NCBI RefSeq assembly: GCF_001194135.2
Contig: NC_068990.1
Span: forward strand, 54,770,107 to 54,825,307
Direction: 5' to 3'
Length of the DNA stretch: 55,201 nucleotides
Source of the DNA: Octopus bimaculoides
Taxonomy: Eukaryota
Shown: in pieces, positions 25,416 to 37,470 of the stretch
How positions within the stretch are numbered: the stretch's first letter is position 1
Layout: each line of letters begins with the position of its first letter
Notes under the pieces: model-generated
The model's input: the letters and a program-made list of their open reading frames with translations, nothing else
Database searches by the model: none
What the model was told of the DNA's origin: nothing
Made by a program: the position numbers and the translations under genes

Positions 25416-25919
25416 AGAATATTCAGCTTTATTTGATAACCAGTTGATCTAGCAAGCAGGGCCTCATATCAGTGACAGGGGCTGGTACGCAATGATGCCG
25501 TTGAAAGGTAGGCCCCGAAAGAGCACACATTCTTTCCTGATGGCTCCATACACTTGCTGGCTTCTGGTATGCAGAGCTTTCAACTGGTGGCACTTGCATG
25601 TGCAAGTTGTTTGCAAAACATGAGGGAGTGTGTAACCCACTACTACTTGACAACTGATGTTGGTTTACAGTTAAACAAAAGAGGCTGTTGGAATAAGTAC
25701 TATACTTAAAAATAAGATAAGTACTGTTGGCACTCCAGCACGGCCAACGTCCAGTGACTGAAACAAGGAAACAATAAAAGAAATAACTTTCCCCCTCACA
25801 ATTATAACTGTTCTGCAAACCATCTACTTCACATTGTTAATGGTTGTTTAACAAATACTTTTACCTCACAATATTATGTACTTAATGTACTTAACACTGC
25901 CATTCTATAAAGTAAAGTA

Positions 25920-26240
25920 AAGACCCCCTTCAGTCATGAATGACCATGGGATTGCCACTAGAAAGTTCCCCCCCGGAGATATAAGTTTGGGCGAAGTTGT
26001 TTTGGGAAGACCATCAGTTGTCCATGCATACCAGCCTCCCTTCTCAATGCCACCGAAGTTATCAAAAGCAAAGGCCAACACAACTTGGCACCAGTGACAT
26101 CGTGACTCACTTTTACAGCTGAGTCAACTGGAGCAACATGAAACAAAGTGTCTTGCTCAAGAGCACAACACACAGCTCAGTCCAAAAATCAAGCTCATTA
26201 CCTTGTGATTGTGAGCCCAATGCTCTAGCCCCCTGAGCCA
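25920..26240 (-). mobile_element. SINE family C
   Basis: Reverse complement is collinear with 29447-29775 and 50090-50420. Confidence 0.65.
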
Positions 26241-26507
26241 TGCTCCTTCTAGCTACCATTCCATAGCACAAGAGTGTAATGTCTGTTGGTAATCACAATT
26301 TCTCAGTTTGCAATTTTAACTGTTTGCCAAAATATTTCACTGTATGTCATTATTGATTAATGACTGAATTGTTTTCGCTTTACAATCAAACACTTTCCTA
26401 CTTTACAACAATATAACCACAGTTACTTTCTATGTCACCAATGTATGTTAATTAACAATGCAAGCATTGTTTTATATCTATGCCTATTCCCATTACATAA
26501 TTAAAAC

Positions 26508-26722
26508 CAGTGCTTCTTAACCTTTTTTAATATCTGAGCCAGACTGAAACCTGGGTTTATTTTAAGGGAGCTGCATCAAAAAAATCAAAAAGAAAAGAAG
26601 GAAAACACAAGTCAGTTAAGGAAAAAAACTATTATATTTATCAAGAAAAGACTATCAGATATATGTGGCCCTCGAGGATACTTGAAGGCCACATCTCTGG
26701 TAGCCTTGGTTGAGAACCATTG
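26508..26722. mobile_element. hAT-type MITE with 8-bp TSD
   Basis: TIRs cagtgcttcttaacc / ggttgagaaccattg; flanks attaaaac (26500-26507) and atcaaaac (26723-26730), 7/8 identical. Confidence 0.75.
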
Positions 26723-26815
26723 ATCAAAACAATAAAGGAGCATTTGCAAATTTACTCAAACTCCTAGAAATAGCAGCCAAATCTCACATTTTTAAAAATT
26801 TCTTTGTTTCTTAAG

Positions 26816-27062
26816 GGTTCACCCAATTTTCTAAGCCAAGACAACAGCTGCACAGAGGTGTTTGAATGGGAATCCCTTGTTGCTTGTAAGAAGCGGCCAG
26901 AAAAAGTTGTGAAAGAAGTGCCTTGTTATGTGTATGTGAAAGGAAAGAAGCGAGACCTGACACCTTTGATAAAGCTGAAAGGTGCCTACAAGCTGGTAAC
27001 TGATTCTGATGGCTCACCCCATTTTGTCACCAACATATGTCGTGCCATCACTGAAGATCCTG
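26816..27062 (+). CDS. IGF2R: IGF2R-like exon (end of repeat 1, start of repeat 2)
   Basis: tttcttaag|GGT ... CCT G|gtaagt. GSPNFLSQDNSCTEVFEWESLVACKK...KEVPCYVY...DLTPLIKLKGAY...NICRAI resembles recalled human KEVPCYVF...DLNPLIKLSGAY. Phases 0/1 fit the neighbouring exons. Confidence 0.93.
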
Positions 27063-27829
27063 GTAAGTTTGAAATCAGAATTTCTGCTCTTTGCTTCTCT
27101 CTCTTTTCTCCCCTCATTCTCTTCTTTCTTACTATCATTTTCCTTCTCCAATCTATCCTTTAATTTAAACCAAAATTTACTGTATGCTTAATTTCAAAAT
27201 TTTAGAAACAATCTTGACTAGTTTAAAAAAAAAATTTGAAAGAATTATTCTTTTACCTATGTTTATATACATTGCATAAGTGGCATTGTGTCAGAAGAGC
27301 ACAGCATTGGACTAAAACTGCCTTCTGATGTTTAGGTATGTTTCTACATCCTTTATGAAGAGGGAGAAAAACAACTTCACTGCCATCTTTTTCCAGGAGT
27401 CAATAAAATATGAAGACTGCTATGGATGATTGGGACATATAATGTGAAAGAGTTACATTAGTCTGGACAATTCACCTGACCAGATAGTTAGATAATTATT
27501 AATTGCAGTACTGTCATATTACAGTGGACTGGGTATATTTATTTGTTTATTTCAAACTCCTGCACAGTATTGCGTATCTTCATTGTATTTTCATCCAAGG
27601 TGGAGATAAGTACCAATGTCCCATGTGGCAGGCTTGATAATTGCTGAGAATTCTTAGCATGAAACCAACGGTAGCCTTGTTAACCCATAAATATTTGGAG
27701 TGCCTGTTCCACATTTCTAGTAAATAAAACTTTGTGAACAACCAGATCAACTTGTTGAGCAGTATACCACTGAAGAAGGTTGAATGTTTCTCTTAGCTCA
27801 GGAGTGGTATCTCATCCACTGAGAAAATG

Positions 27830-28330
27830 TATCAATTGATATAGTAAGAGCATGGACTGCACTAGACAAATTAAGAATAATTTGGAAGTCTATATTGTCT
27901 GACTGAATGGAAAGGGAATTCTTCAGAGCCATTGTAGAATCAGTTATCATTCATTAACATGGATTCTGACAAAAAATAAAAAGATTGAAAGCAAGCTTGA
28001 TGGGACCTGCACATACATGTATGTCATTCTCAACGAATCATGGAAACAACATCCAGTGAAAGAAGAGCCTTGTGGCAATGCCCCTCACATATCACCAATC
28101 ATTCAAGATATGCCAGTCACTGCTGTTGAAGCAATAATGGATTAGCAAATGATCTCCTTCTTAGGATAGCGAGCCATGGGAATTCTCCTGTCATATGACC
28201 CAGAATGATGTATATTGGTCAACTCTTGTGATGCTGAGTTACAAACAGAAGACCTCAGAAATGTCATAGAAGACAGGAACACTTGGAGAGAAAGGGTGGT
28301 TTTAATTGGTAGAACACAAACATGATATTG
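27830..28330 (+). mobile_element. RTE ORF 3' fragment
   Basis: WKSILSD*MEREFFRAIVESV...KLDGTCT...SWKQHP...DLRNVIEDRNTWRERV in broken frames. Confidence 0.7.
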
Positions 28331-29446
28331 TGAAGGAGCATGCAAGAAAGTAGGTGCGATAACTCTCTGAGTCAATTGGTTATACTGAATAAAGAGCACA
28401 CTAATATGATAAACAACTCTTTAACTTCCAAAAAAAAGAAAGAAAAAAGTAGCAGGTAATCAGTGAATTATGGATTGTTTTGACATTTTAAATCTCATTA
28501 GTTATATATACATCCTTTCGTCACTAAACTTCCCTTTTGCCACTCTATGCTATGACAGATCCTCACCTTGAATTTCAACTGCAAACTGACATGATGTACC
28601 TAGGGAACTGAGAGAGAATAGCCATGTTAGATCACGGCTATTCTCTTGATGAAAATTCCCAAATATTATCAAATATGGCCTCATCATACAGAATTCATTG
28701 TATTTGTCATTTCCAATTACCCAAGTGAAAAGATTGCAGTGTGACCCCAAAAATAATGTAGATGCTGGCTAGCATTTGCATGTTGCAGTAACATTACAGT
28801 TACTATGTCGTTTTAATGTTACATTAGATCTATCGATCCTATATTGTTTGGTTACTGTTGTATTAAGATGGCAGAATCATTAGCACATTGAACAAAATGC
28901 TTTGTGGCATTTCTTCCGTCTCTTTATGTTCTGAGTTCAAATTCTGCTGAGGCCAACATTGCCTTTCATTCTTCCCTGGTTGATAAAATATAGTACCAGT
29001 GAAATACTGGGACTGATGTAATCAACTTACTCCCTACCTTAAATTTGCAGGCCATGTATCAAAATTTGAAACCATTCTGTTTGTGTTTGCACTCTCCTGT
29101 TACATTTAGTTTGTTGTACCCTGTTATTTTTGATGCATTGTACTTACCTTCATGTTATATTTGTTACACTGTGTTACACTGACTTTATTACACTTGGTAT
29201 GTTATGCTGTGTTTAACTAGCTGTGTTATACAGTCTTTATACACAATATACAGGCTTTATGCACAATACACAATGTGTATTGTACTGCCTTCATTACACT
29301 TGTAAAGTGATGTTTTACATTGGCAATGTTGTTTTATCTTCATATTACATTTGATGCGTTATACTGCACTCATGCTATATTAATATACTTAGTGTTTTAC
29401 TGTCTTTGTGTTATGTTTGGTGTGTTATACTATTATTATTGTTAGG

Positions 29447-29775
29447 CGCACGGCTCAGTGGTTAGAGCTTTGTGCTCACAGTCATGAGGTAGTGAGTTCG
29501 ATAGCTGGACCAGGCTGTATGTTGTGTTCTTGAGCAAGACACTTTATTTCATGTTGCTCCAGTTCACTCTGCTATAGAAATGAGTTGCGGCATCTGTGGT
29601 GCCAAGCTGTATTGGTCTTTGCCTTTCCCTTGGATAACATCAGTGGCATGGAGAGGAGAGGCTACTATGCATGGTCTTCCATAAACAGCCTTGCCCAGAT
29701 TTGTGCCTCGGAGGGTTACTTTCTTGGTGCAATCTCATGGTCATTTATGACTGAAGGAGATCTTTACCCTTTACA
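29447..29775 (+). mobile_element. SINE family C
   Basis: tRNA-like head ggctcagtggttagagc...gagttcgat and tail catggtcatttatgactgaagg...tttacc; collinear with 50090-50420. Confidence 0.75.
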
Positions 29776-30108
29776 TGGTCTGTTATACAGCTCTCAAGGT
29801 ACTCTTAGTGAGTGGTGGTGTTGTCTTAAATTTACTCTCTATTTAATATTGTGTCACATCCATATGTCACTTTGTACCTTACTGTTATACCATGTCACAT
29901 TAGTTCTGGTTGATATACCATGTTACAATAGTCTTAAATTTTATACCATACTGTGACTCCTTTGCATTATCATTATCAATTTGTTATCTTGCTGTCATAT
30001 TTGCTGTATCATTCATTATGTATCAACATCACGGTTGAGACATCTTTGTGTGACATTAACAGTAATTATCAGATATTATATTCCTAATCTAGCATTCTTC
30101 TATTGCAG

Positions 30109-30311
30109 CTGATCAATTGGGTTGCCCAAAAGGTTCTGCATCATGTGGGAAAATCCAGAAGTTTTTAGTTGACGCGGGACAACCAACAACTGCTTTAAGA
30201 GCTATTGATGAGCGAACTCTTCAACTAGTTTACAAATCAGAAACTAGCGCAAGTTCTTGTGTTAACACTCCACAAACTGTGATTACATTCATATGTCCTG
30301 CTAATGGCCGA
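30109..30311 (+). CDS. IGF2R: IGF2R-like exon (repeat 2)
   Basis: tattgcag|CT ... CGA|gtaagt. ADQLGCPKGSASC...DAGQP...VITFICPANGR. Phases 1/0. Confidence 0.92.
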
Positions 30312-30342
30312 GTAAGTACATTATTGCGTTTTGATGTAATAG

Positions 30343-30680
30343 TGTATGGCTTCACAACTATGTGGCATCAGGTTCAATTCCACTATGCAGCACCTTGGGA
30401 AAGTGTCTTCTATTATAGTCCTAGGCTAACCAATGTGTCATGAGTGAATTAGGTAGACAGAAACTTGTAGAACCCTATCTTGTGTGTGTGTATGTGTGTT
30501 TGAACTTGTATCTCACCACACTAGAACTTGTATTGGTCTGTTTACATCACCATAACTTAGCAATTCAGCAAAAAGAGACCCATAAGATTAGAATCAACTT
30601 GGGTTGATTTGATCAACTAAAAGTTCAAGGTAATGCCCCAGCATGACCACAACTCAATGACTGAAGCAAGTAAAACAATA
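30343..30680 (+). mobile_element. SINE family A (diverged), ~30 bp after exon 30109-30311
   Basis: Collinear with 21412-21810. Confidence 0.6.
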
Positions 30681-31151
30681 AGAAACCTTACTTATTCCAT
30701 GTTATTGCCACTGTTACTTACCCACAGGCCTACACTAATATCATAGACCTATGATTGAGGGTATTTCTGCTATAACCATTCCACCTTAACTGGTCTTTTA
30801 AGAGAGATTTGGTTGCTATTTTTAGCAGATTGAGTGACCACCGCATTGGCTTGTCAGTGCTTTGTATGTCATCACTGACTGCTTTTCTAGTTTGCCAAGC
30901 TTTAGATTAAGTTGTTGCTTAGCTCCAGGTTAACCTGGATGTAACAAATCTATAATCAAAGGCATTCAATCATGATCAACCTGTCTTTTGGGTTTAATTT
31001 TTATTTTATTTTAAAGACAGGGTCAGCTAGTAACTGTGTGCATGAACTTTGTGTGTGTATATGTGTGTCAGTATGCATAGGTGTTGTCTATATATATGTA
31101 TGTATGTGTGTGTGTATATATATTTATATATATATACACCCATCAACACAG

Positions 31152-31530
31152 GTGCAAGCGTGGCTGTGTGATAAGAAGCTTGCTTCCCAAACACATGGTT
31201 CCGGGTTCATTCCCACTATGTGGCACCTTGGGAAAGTATTTTCTACTATAGCATTGGGCCAACCAAAGCCTTGTGAGTAGCTTTGGTAGACAGAAACTGA
31301 AAGAAGCCCATCGTGTGTGTGTGTGTGTGTATATATATATATTTGTGTGTGTCTTGACAACCAGTGCTGGTGTGTTTACATCCACGTTACTTAGCAGTTT
31401 GGCAAAAGAGAACCAATAGAATAAGTACTAGGCTTAGAAAAAATGTCCTGGAGTTGATTTGCTTGACTAAAACCCTTCAAGGTTCCAGCTCCAGCATGAC
31501 AGCAGTAAAATAACTGAAGCTGTAAAAGAA
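31152..31530 (+). mobile_element. SINE family A
   Basis: Collinear with 21412-21810. Confidence 0.72.
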
Positions 31531-31534
31531 TAAA

Positions 31535-31590
<56 letters not shown>

Positions 31591-31640
31591 TAATATCAAA
31601 CAGTAAGAATGAGTGCTCAACACCCCGTTGTCGGATAAAT

Positions 31641-31934
31641 ATTTTTTGTGAGTTAACATTGGTTTCATGCTGAAAATTCTCAGCAATTACCAAGCCTGTC
31701 ACATGGGACATTGGTACTTATCTCCATCTTGGATGAGAATACAATGAAGCTACACGAGACTCTGAGAGTCTTTTGAAATAAACAAATAAATATACAGATC
31801 TGTATATTTATTTGTTTATTTCTAACTCCTGCACAGTCTCGCGTAGCTTCATTGTATTTTCATCATGTGGCAGGCTTGATAATTGCTGAGAATTTTTTGC
31901 ATGAAACTAATGGTAGCCTTGTTAACCACAAATA
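31641..31934. repeat. Spacerless palindrome (foldback MITE-like)
   Basis: Perfect 48-bp palindrome at 31775-31822 with imperfect arms outward; a single arm recurs at ~27533-27695. Confidence 0.85.
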
Positions 31935-32506
31935 AAGTGTGTGTGTGTGTGTGTATAAAATCTTTCTACATACAATCTATTTAGTGCTAAGTTATGTGGA
32001 CGTAAACACACCACCACCAGTTGTCAAGTGTCATGATAAACTATACTCCAGTCTGTAATGTGAAGTCCAGCTGCAGAAACTATGCCAAATACTGGAGTTG
32101 GTAAGGAGTGACTTAAAAAGCATTAAATACAGTACTCCAGCATGGCCAATGACTAAAAAAAGGGTAAGAGAATAAGGTGATCTTCATATTTTAAATTATA
32201 GAGACTGTAAGACAATGTTTGAAGATAATAGGTTAATCTTTGGCTTGAATGGTTTACACACTTTGTGAATGAAGAATGTAAAATTTTGTGAGAAAGACAA
32301 CTTTTATTGTTTACTTGTTTCAGTCATTGGACTAAAACCATGTTGGGGCTTAGCCTAATCAAACAAATCGTGCCCAGTGTTTTCCTTTTTTTTTTTCTTT
32401 TGCTAAGCATCATAATTATCCGATTGGATTCATTTACTATACCATTAGATTACAGGAATGTAAACAAACCAACATTGGTTGTCATGCAGGGGTGGGGGCA
32501 AATATA

Positions 32507-32559
<53 letters not shown>

Positions 32560-32609
32560 TGTACTTCCTTCAGTTTCCATCTACCAAATCCACTTGGAAG
32601 GCTTCATCT

Positions 32610-32990
32610 TTACAGCAATCATCTTTGGCACCTTATGGAATTCCATATGGCTAATACCTGTGGACATGCTTACAAAATTAAAAAAAGCAACACAGCATCC
32701 ATGACTTTCAGAACCATTTTTTCACGGTTGGAATTGCTGAAGCATGGAATAAACTAACCACATCAGTTGTTAGCTATCGGGACACCGCATGTTCGAAAAC
32801 TTGCATACTTTCCGAAATTTTCCCAACATTACACCTGATATTCCACTTTATAAAATTTTTTTTTTAAATGACTCATTCGCTGCTTACTCTTTGTGCATTA
32901 TTCTATGTACTGTTCACGTACTTTTGGCTACTTTTTCTGATGAGTTGTAGTGCACCTGAACACTATACAATAACTTTATTATTATTATTT
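32610..32990 (+). mobile_element. CR1/L2-group LINE 3' end with (ATT)n tail
   Basis: NTCGHAYK...DFQNHFFTVGIAEAWNKL resembles the CR1 C-terminus; ends ttattattattattt. Confidence 0.7.
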
Positions 32991-34075
32991 TATATCTTTA
33001 TAACTATGTTTCAACCATTTTGATCACTGATAGTCATTGGTTATCTTATTCCTAGATGTGTGCATAGTACCATTTCAGTTAGTAACTTCTATGTCAAAAC
33101 TAATAGCAAAGATATTTTTAGCTTTTACTGAAGAATTTACAGTTTGAATCCAATCTGGTACTCTGTACACAACCAGGAATGTGACACCTGATGACAATAG
33201 GAAATCGTGCTAATCAGAAAATAGTTATGAATATCTAATGTGTCTTTTTTGAAGCTGACATGGGTTGGCTGGTTTGACATGAACTGACAAGTAAGAGGGC
33301 TGCACCAAGCTTCAGTGTCTGCTTTGGCATAGTTTCTGCAGCTGGATGCCCTGTTCTAATGCCAGCCACTTCACAAAGTGCACTGGTTGCTTTTTTCATG
33401 ACCCTAGCACTAGTAAGGTTACCAAGTAACTCACAAATCAAGACACCCCACCTCGACTGAGATGGGAGTGGGGTGATGTAGTAATGAGGGATATGGAAGT
33501 ATTGTTGAGGCACAGGAGCAGGTATCTTGCTGAAGCAATGAATACATGACTTTTCCATCTGGAAGAGATATCTAGGGAGAGAAAAGTGGAGTCAAGGTAC
33601 AAGGTGAATACGAGAGAGAGAATAGGATAGATGAAGAGAAAAGGTAGGTAAGTAGGTGTGATAGTGTGGGGATCGTGTGAAGATGTAAATTTTGAAAAAC
33701 TCTGTTGTCTCTAAAGTTGAAATTGATAGTTTGAAAAGTTGTAACCATTTAATTTGGGCATTTAATTAATATTCTATGAAGGTGAATCCACAACATAACT
33801 TCAATTCCTCAACTGTGAGTCAATTTAAATTAAAATATATTACTTGCGTTCTAGAGAAAATCACTAATATCACTCACTCATTTCCTCTAAACTCATAAAT
33901 TTGTACCCTGAGTGATTATCCTTCTGTCTGTTTGTTTGACAATAAATCACTAAATATTTAAAATAACAAATTTTTTTCTTTGTTCTTGTACTTTATACTT
34001 GCTAGAATGTTCTAAAATTGCGTTCTTTCACGCTTAAAACCACCAATATTTCTTCTTCCATTTTCTATTCTCCAG

Positions 34076-34235
34076 GTAAGCCATCCTCCATTAGTTTCAC
34101 AGAGTGGTTGTCTGTTTGAAATTGATTGGATCACACAGTATGCTTGTGAAGAATCTGAAATTTCTGTGAAGAATTCTTTAAAACTCATTCGGGAGAAAGA
34201 TAATATTGATTTTGATCTTACACCCCTATCAAAGG
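34076..34235 (+). CDS. IGF2R: IGF2R-like exon (end of repeat 2, start of repeat 3)
   Basis: ttctattctccag|GTA ... AAG G|gtaagt. VSHPPLVSQSGCLFEIDWITQYAC...IDFDLTPLSK resembles recalled human CRYEIEWITEYAC...IDLTPL. Not in the ORF track (no start codon). Phases 0/1. Confidence 0.92.
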
Positions 34236-35304
34236 GTAAGTTTATTCCTTTGACCCTTTTCCCTCTTATTTGCTTCATGTGAAATTTTTATTCTATGCGT
34301 AAATACATGTGTGTGTGTGCGTGCGCGCATGGGACTGCATAGTAAGAAGTTTGTTTCCCAAGCACATGGTTCTGGGTTCGGTTTCACTGCATGGCACCTT
34401 GGGCAAGTGTCTTGTATTATAGCCCTTTGTCAACTAATGCTTTGTAAGTGGGTTTGATAGATGGAAACTGAAAGAAGCTTGTTGTATGTGTGTATGTTTT
34501 GCTGTCTTGACATTAAGTAATAGTTGTTAATGAGTGGTAAAGGAAGGGTGTCTAGCCATAAATAAAATTCTGTCTCAACAAATTTCATCCAACTCATGTG
34601 AGCATAGAAAAGTGGACATCAAAACACAGATGGTGATATCTGAAAGAATAAGCTGTTCATAGCTAGCTAGAATGCTTGAGTTGATTTGGGACTAAAAAAC
34701 CACCACCGTCTTTGCAATTACTGTTGACAATACGATTATCTTATGCAAATTGCTGTGGCATAGGGCCTGGGTTGAGCACTAAAATATTGAAATTGATGAT
34801 GAATTACACACTTGGCATATTGTTTAGTTATGGTTCATTTATGGTTATTTAGCACATGTAACTCTTGGAGACTTATGATCAAGAGTATTCAAGCCAAGAC
34901 TATCTTGTCTTTTTATGGGTATGTGGGATTAGAATTTGTAGTGTCTCTTACCATTATGTAACATGGTAAGCTGTGATTTGAAGGAGATTTAACTGCTTTT
35001 TCCAGCAAGTCAAGAGACTATGTAGTGGCTCCATCAAGTAGATTATTTATGGTAATACAAGCACGTGTCAGGTGGAGAAAAATACTAGACCCGGGGAAGG
35101 GAATTCTTTAGTGCTTCTGTTCTTGATACATACATTTGGCCTCTTTCATTTTATTCCCAGGGTTTCAAACAAACAAATGTGGAGAGAAAAAGCCCCAAGT
35201 TTGAGAAGACAACTTGTACTGATATACATTATGTATGTTTATGTTTACACACATGCATGAACATATATGCAGACACATACTTATATACCTATATATCATC
35301 ATCA

Positions 35305-35520
35305 TCATCATTGAACGTCCACTGTCCATGCTGGCATGGATTGGATGGTTTGACTGGGCTGGCGTGGTGGAAGGCTACACCAGGTTCCAGTCTGATTTGG
35401 CATGGTTTCCTACAGCTGGATGCCCTTCCTACTGCCAACCACTCTGAGAGTGTAATGGGTGCTTTACATGCCACCCGTATGGGTGCCATTTGTATGATAC
35501 CAGTATCTGCCACAAATGCG
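35305..35520 (-). mobile_element. RTE 3' tail fragment
   Basis: (CAT)n followed by the reverse complement of the RTE tail. Confidence 0.7.
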
Positions 35521-35723
35521 ATTTTGCTCGGCTTGATGGGTCTTCTTCTCAAGCTTGACATAATGCCAAAGATTTTGGTGATTCCCTCCATGAAGCCCAA
35601 CACTCGAAATGAACTCGGCCACTTTGCCCCATGGGGCCCAATGATCGAAAGGAACTCAGCCACCTTGCCTCTGTGAAACCCAACACTTGAAATGAATTTA
35701 GGTACTAGCCTCTATATATATAT

Positions 35724-35791
<68 letters not shown>

Positions 35792-36307
35792 TTTCTATCT
35801 ATCTCTCTATATGTGTGTGTGTGTTTAAATGCATGTATACATATGCAAATGTTACTGATGGCAAACTCAAAAAAGTATGGTTTTTAGGGTGTATTCTTTG
35901 TTACAGTCAATACCTTGAATCTCTCGCTCATAGAGCAAGTTGACTGAAGTATTGTACAAACAAATGAAATTTACTGTATGGCCACTTTACTAGCTAGAAA
36001 TCCAAGGTTTTCGATGGGGTTCAGACTGTAATTTAATAATAAAGAGTAACATACATACACAAACACACACATGCATTAATTACTAAAACTTCAATATAGT
36101 GTGGATTGTAAATTAAAGGTCCTTTTATAGAGCCATTATTTAACAGGGAAAGGACGCATGTGACAGCTAAAAGTCTTGTGAGCAGATTTCATAGGCAGAC
36201 ACTAAAAGAAACTAGTTGTGTGTGGGTGTATGTAACATGTATGTAAGTGTAATGTGTATATGTATGTATGTGTATACATATATGTATATATATATATAAA
36301 TATATTT

Positions 36308-36518
36308 NNNNNNNNNNNNNNNNNNNNNNNNNNNNNNNNNNNNNNNNNNNNNNNNNNNNNNNNNNNNNNNNNNNNNNNNNNNNNNNNNNNNNNNNNNNNN
36401 NNNNNNNNNNNNNNNNNNNNNNNNNNNNNNNNNNNNNNNNNNNNNNNNNNNNNNNNNNNNNNNNNNNNNNNNNNNNNNNNNNNNNNNNNNNNNNNNNNNN
36501 NNNNNNNNNNNNNNNNNN
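36308..36518. other. Assembly gap (N run)
   Basis: N bases in TA-rich context. Confidence 0.97.
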
Positions 36519-36595
36519 TATATATATTTATGAATACCCCCCTCTCCCTTCCTCCTTCATCACCCCCCTCGTAACCCCACCTTCCTTATCCATCC

Positions 36596-36670
36596 CATCA
36601 CACCACACCACACCACTACACCATACACCACCATACCACACAACACCACATCACATCACACCACCATGCA
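36596..36670. repeat. Degenerate (CACCA)n repeat
   Basis: Directly visible. Confidence 0.8.
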
Positions 36671-36915
36671 CACACGTCAAGGTCACCAGCCCTCTTTCAC
36701 ACACACATGCATGCACACCTTCGTTTTGGGATCACCACTACTTTATTATCTCCCCTTCTTCCTATTTTGGGAAAGCAAACAATACTGAAGCCTCATGCAA
36801 TACGATGTTTGATTAAAACAGCATTGCGGACACATGTAGTATATCATAGTTCTGTAAAATATATGCAATGAAAAGTTTTTAATTTTCTGGGCTAATGTTA
36901 TATTTTGTTCTTCAG

Positions 36916-37102
36916 AGAATTATATTGTAGATGTAACTGAAAAAGACGGTTCTAAGTACAAAATCAGTTTGGCAATTGGCCACACAATAGAATGCTTTGG
37001 AAGTGTGGATGATGACAAATATCACCCTTCTGTGTGTCAAAGGAAGCCTAATAATAAAGAATTTGCCAGAGCCCTTGGTAATGAACAACATTCAGTCTTA
37101 AG
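36916..37102 (+). CDS. IGF2R: IGF2R-like exon (repeat 3)
   Basis: ttgttcttcag|AG ... TTA AG|gttagt. ENYIVDV...HPSVCQRKP...ALGNEQHSVL(R). Phases 1/2. Confidence 0.88.
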
Positions 37103-37470
37103 GTTAGTAAACTTGTTAAGCAAATCATGCTACTGTCTTCATTCTAGCAATGTGTATTTTGTTTCCTTTGTGTCATTATATTTTGATGCTTGATCTAAAG
37201 GAGGAGGCAGCTATAACCATTGCATTCCAATACCTTCCTAGATGTGAGATTTATGTGGTTTATGTGACAGTTAACTGTCACTTTTCAATATCTTCAATTT
37301 TTGTTCCAATTGATTTCAAGCTTGGCATATTGGTGTAATTTTGTACATTAACCATTGACATGAAATTTATTTTTGCCATAAATCAATAAATAAAGAGTTA
37401 ATAGCTTTTAAAGTGTGTAAATTTTGGGCAATTTTAGCCAATTGAAAGCCACAGACATATAGGTGTCTGT

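Noticed and set aside
25420-25610. Possible structured RNA in the HERO 3' UTR (ccgaaa...ctgatg; gttgaaag/ctttcaac)
   Set aside because: The core is not canonical and the longest stem is only 8 bp; cannot be supported from one decayed copy.
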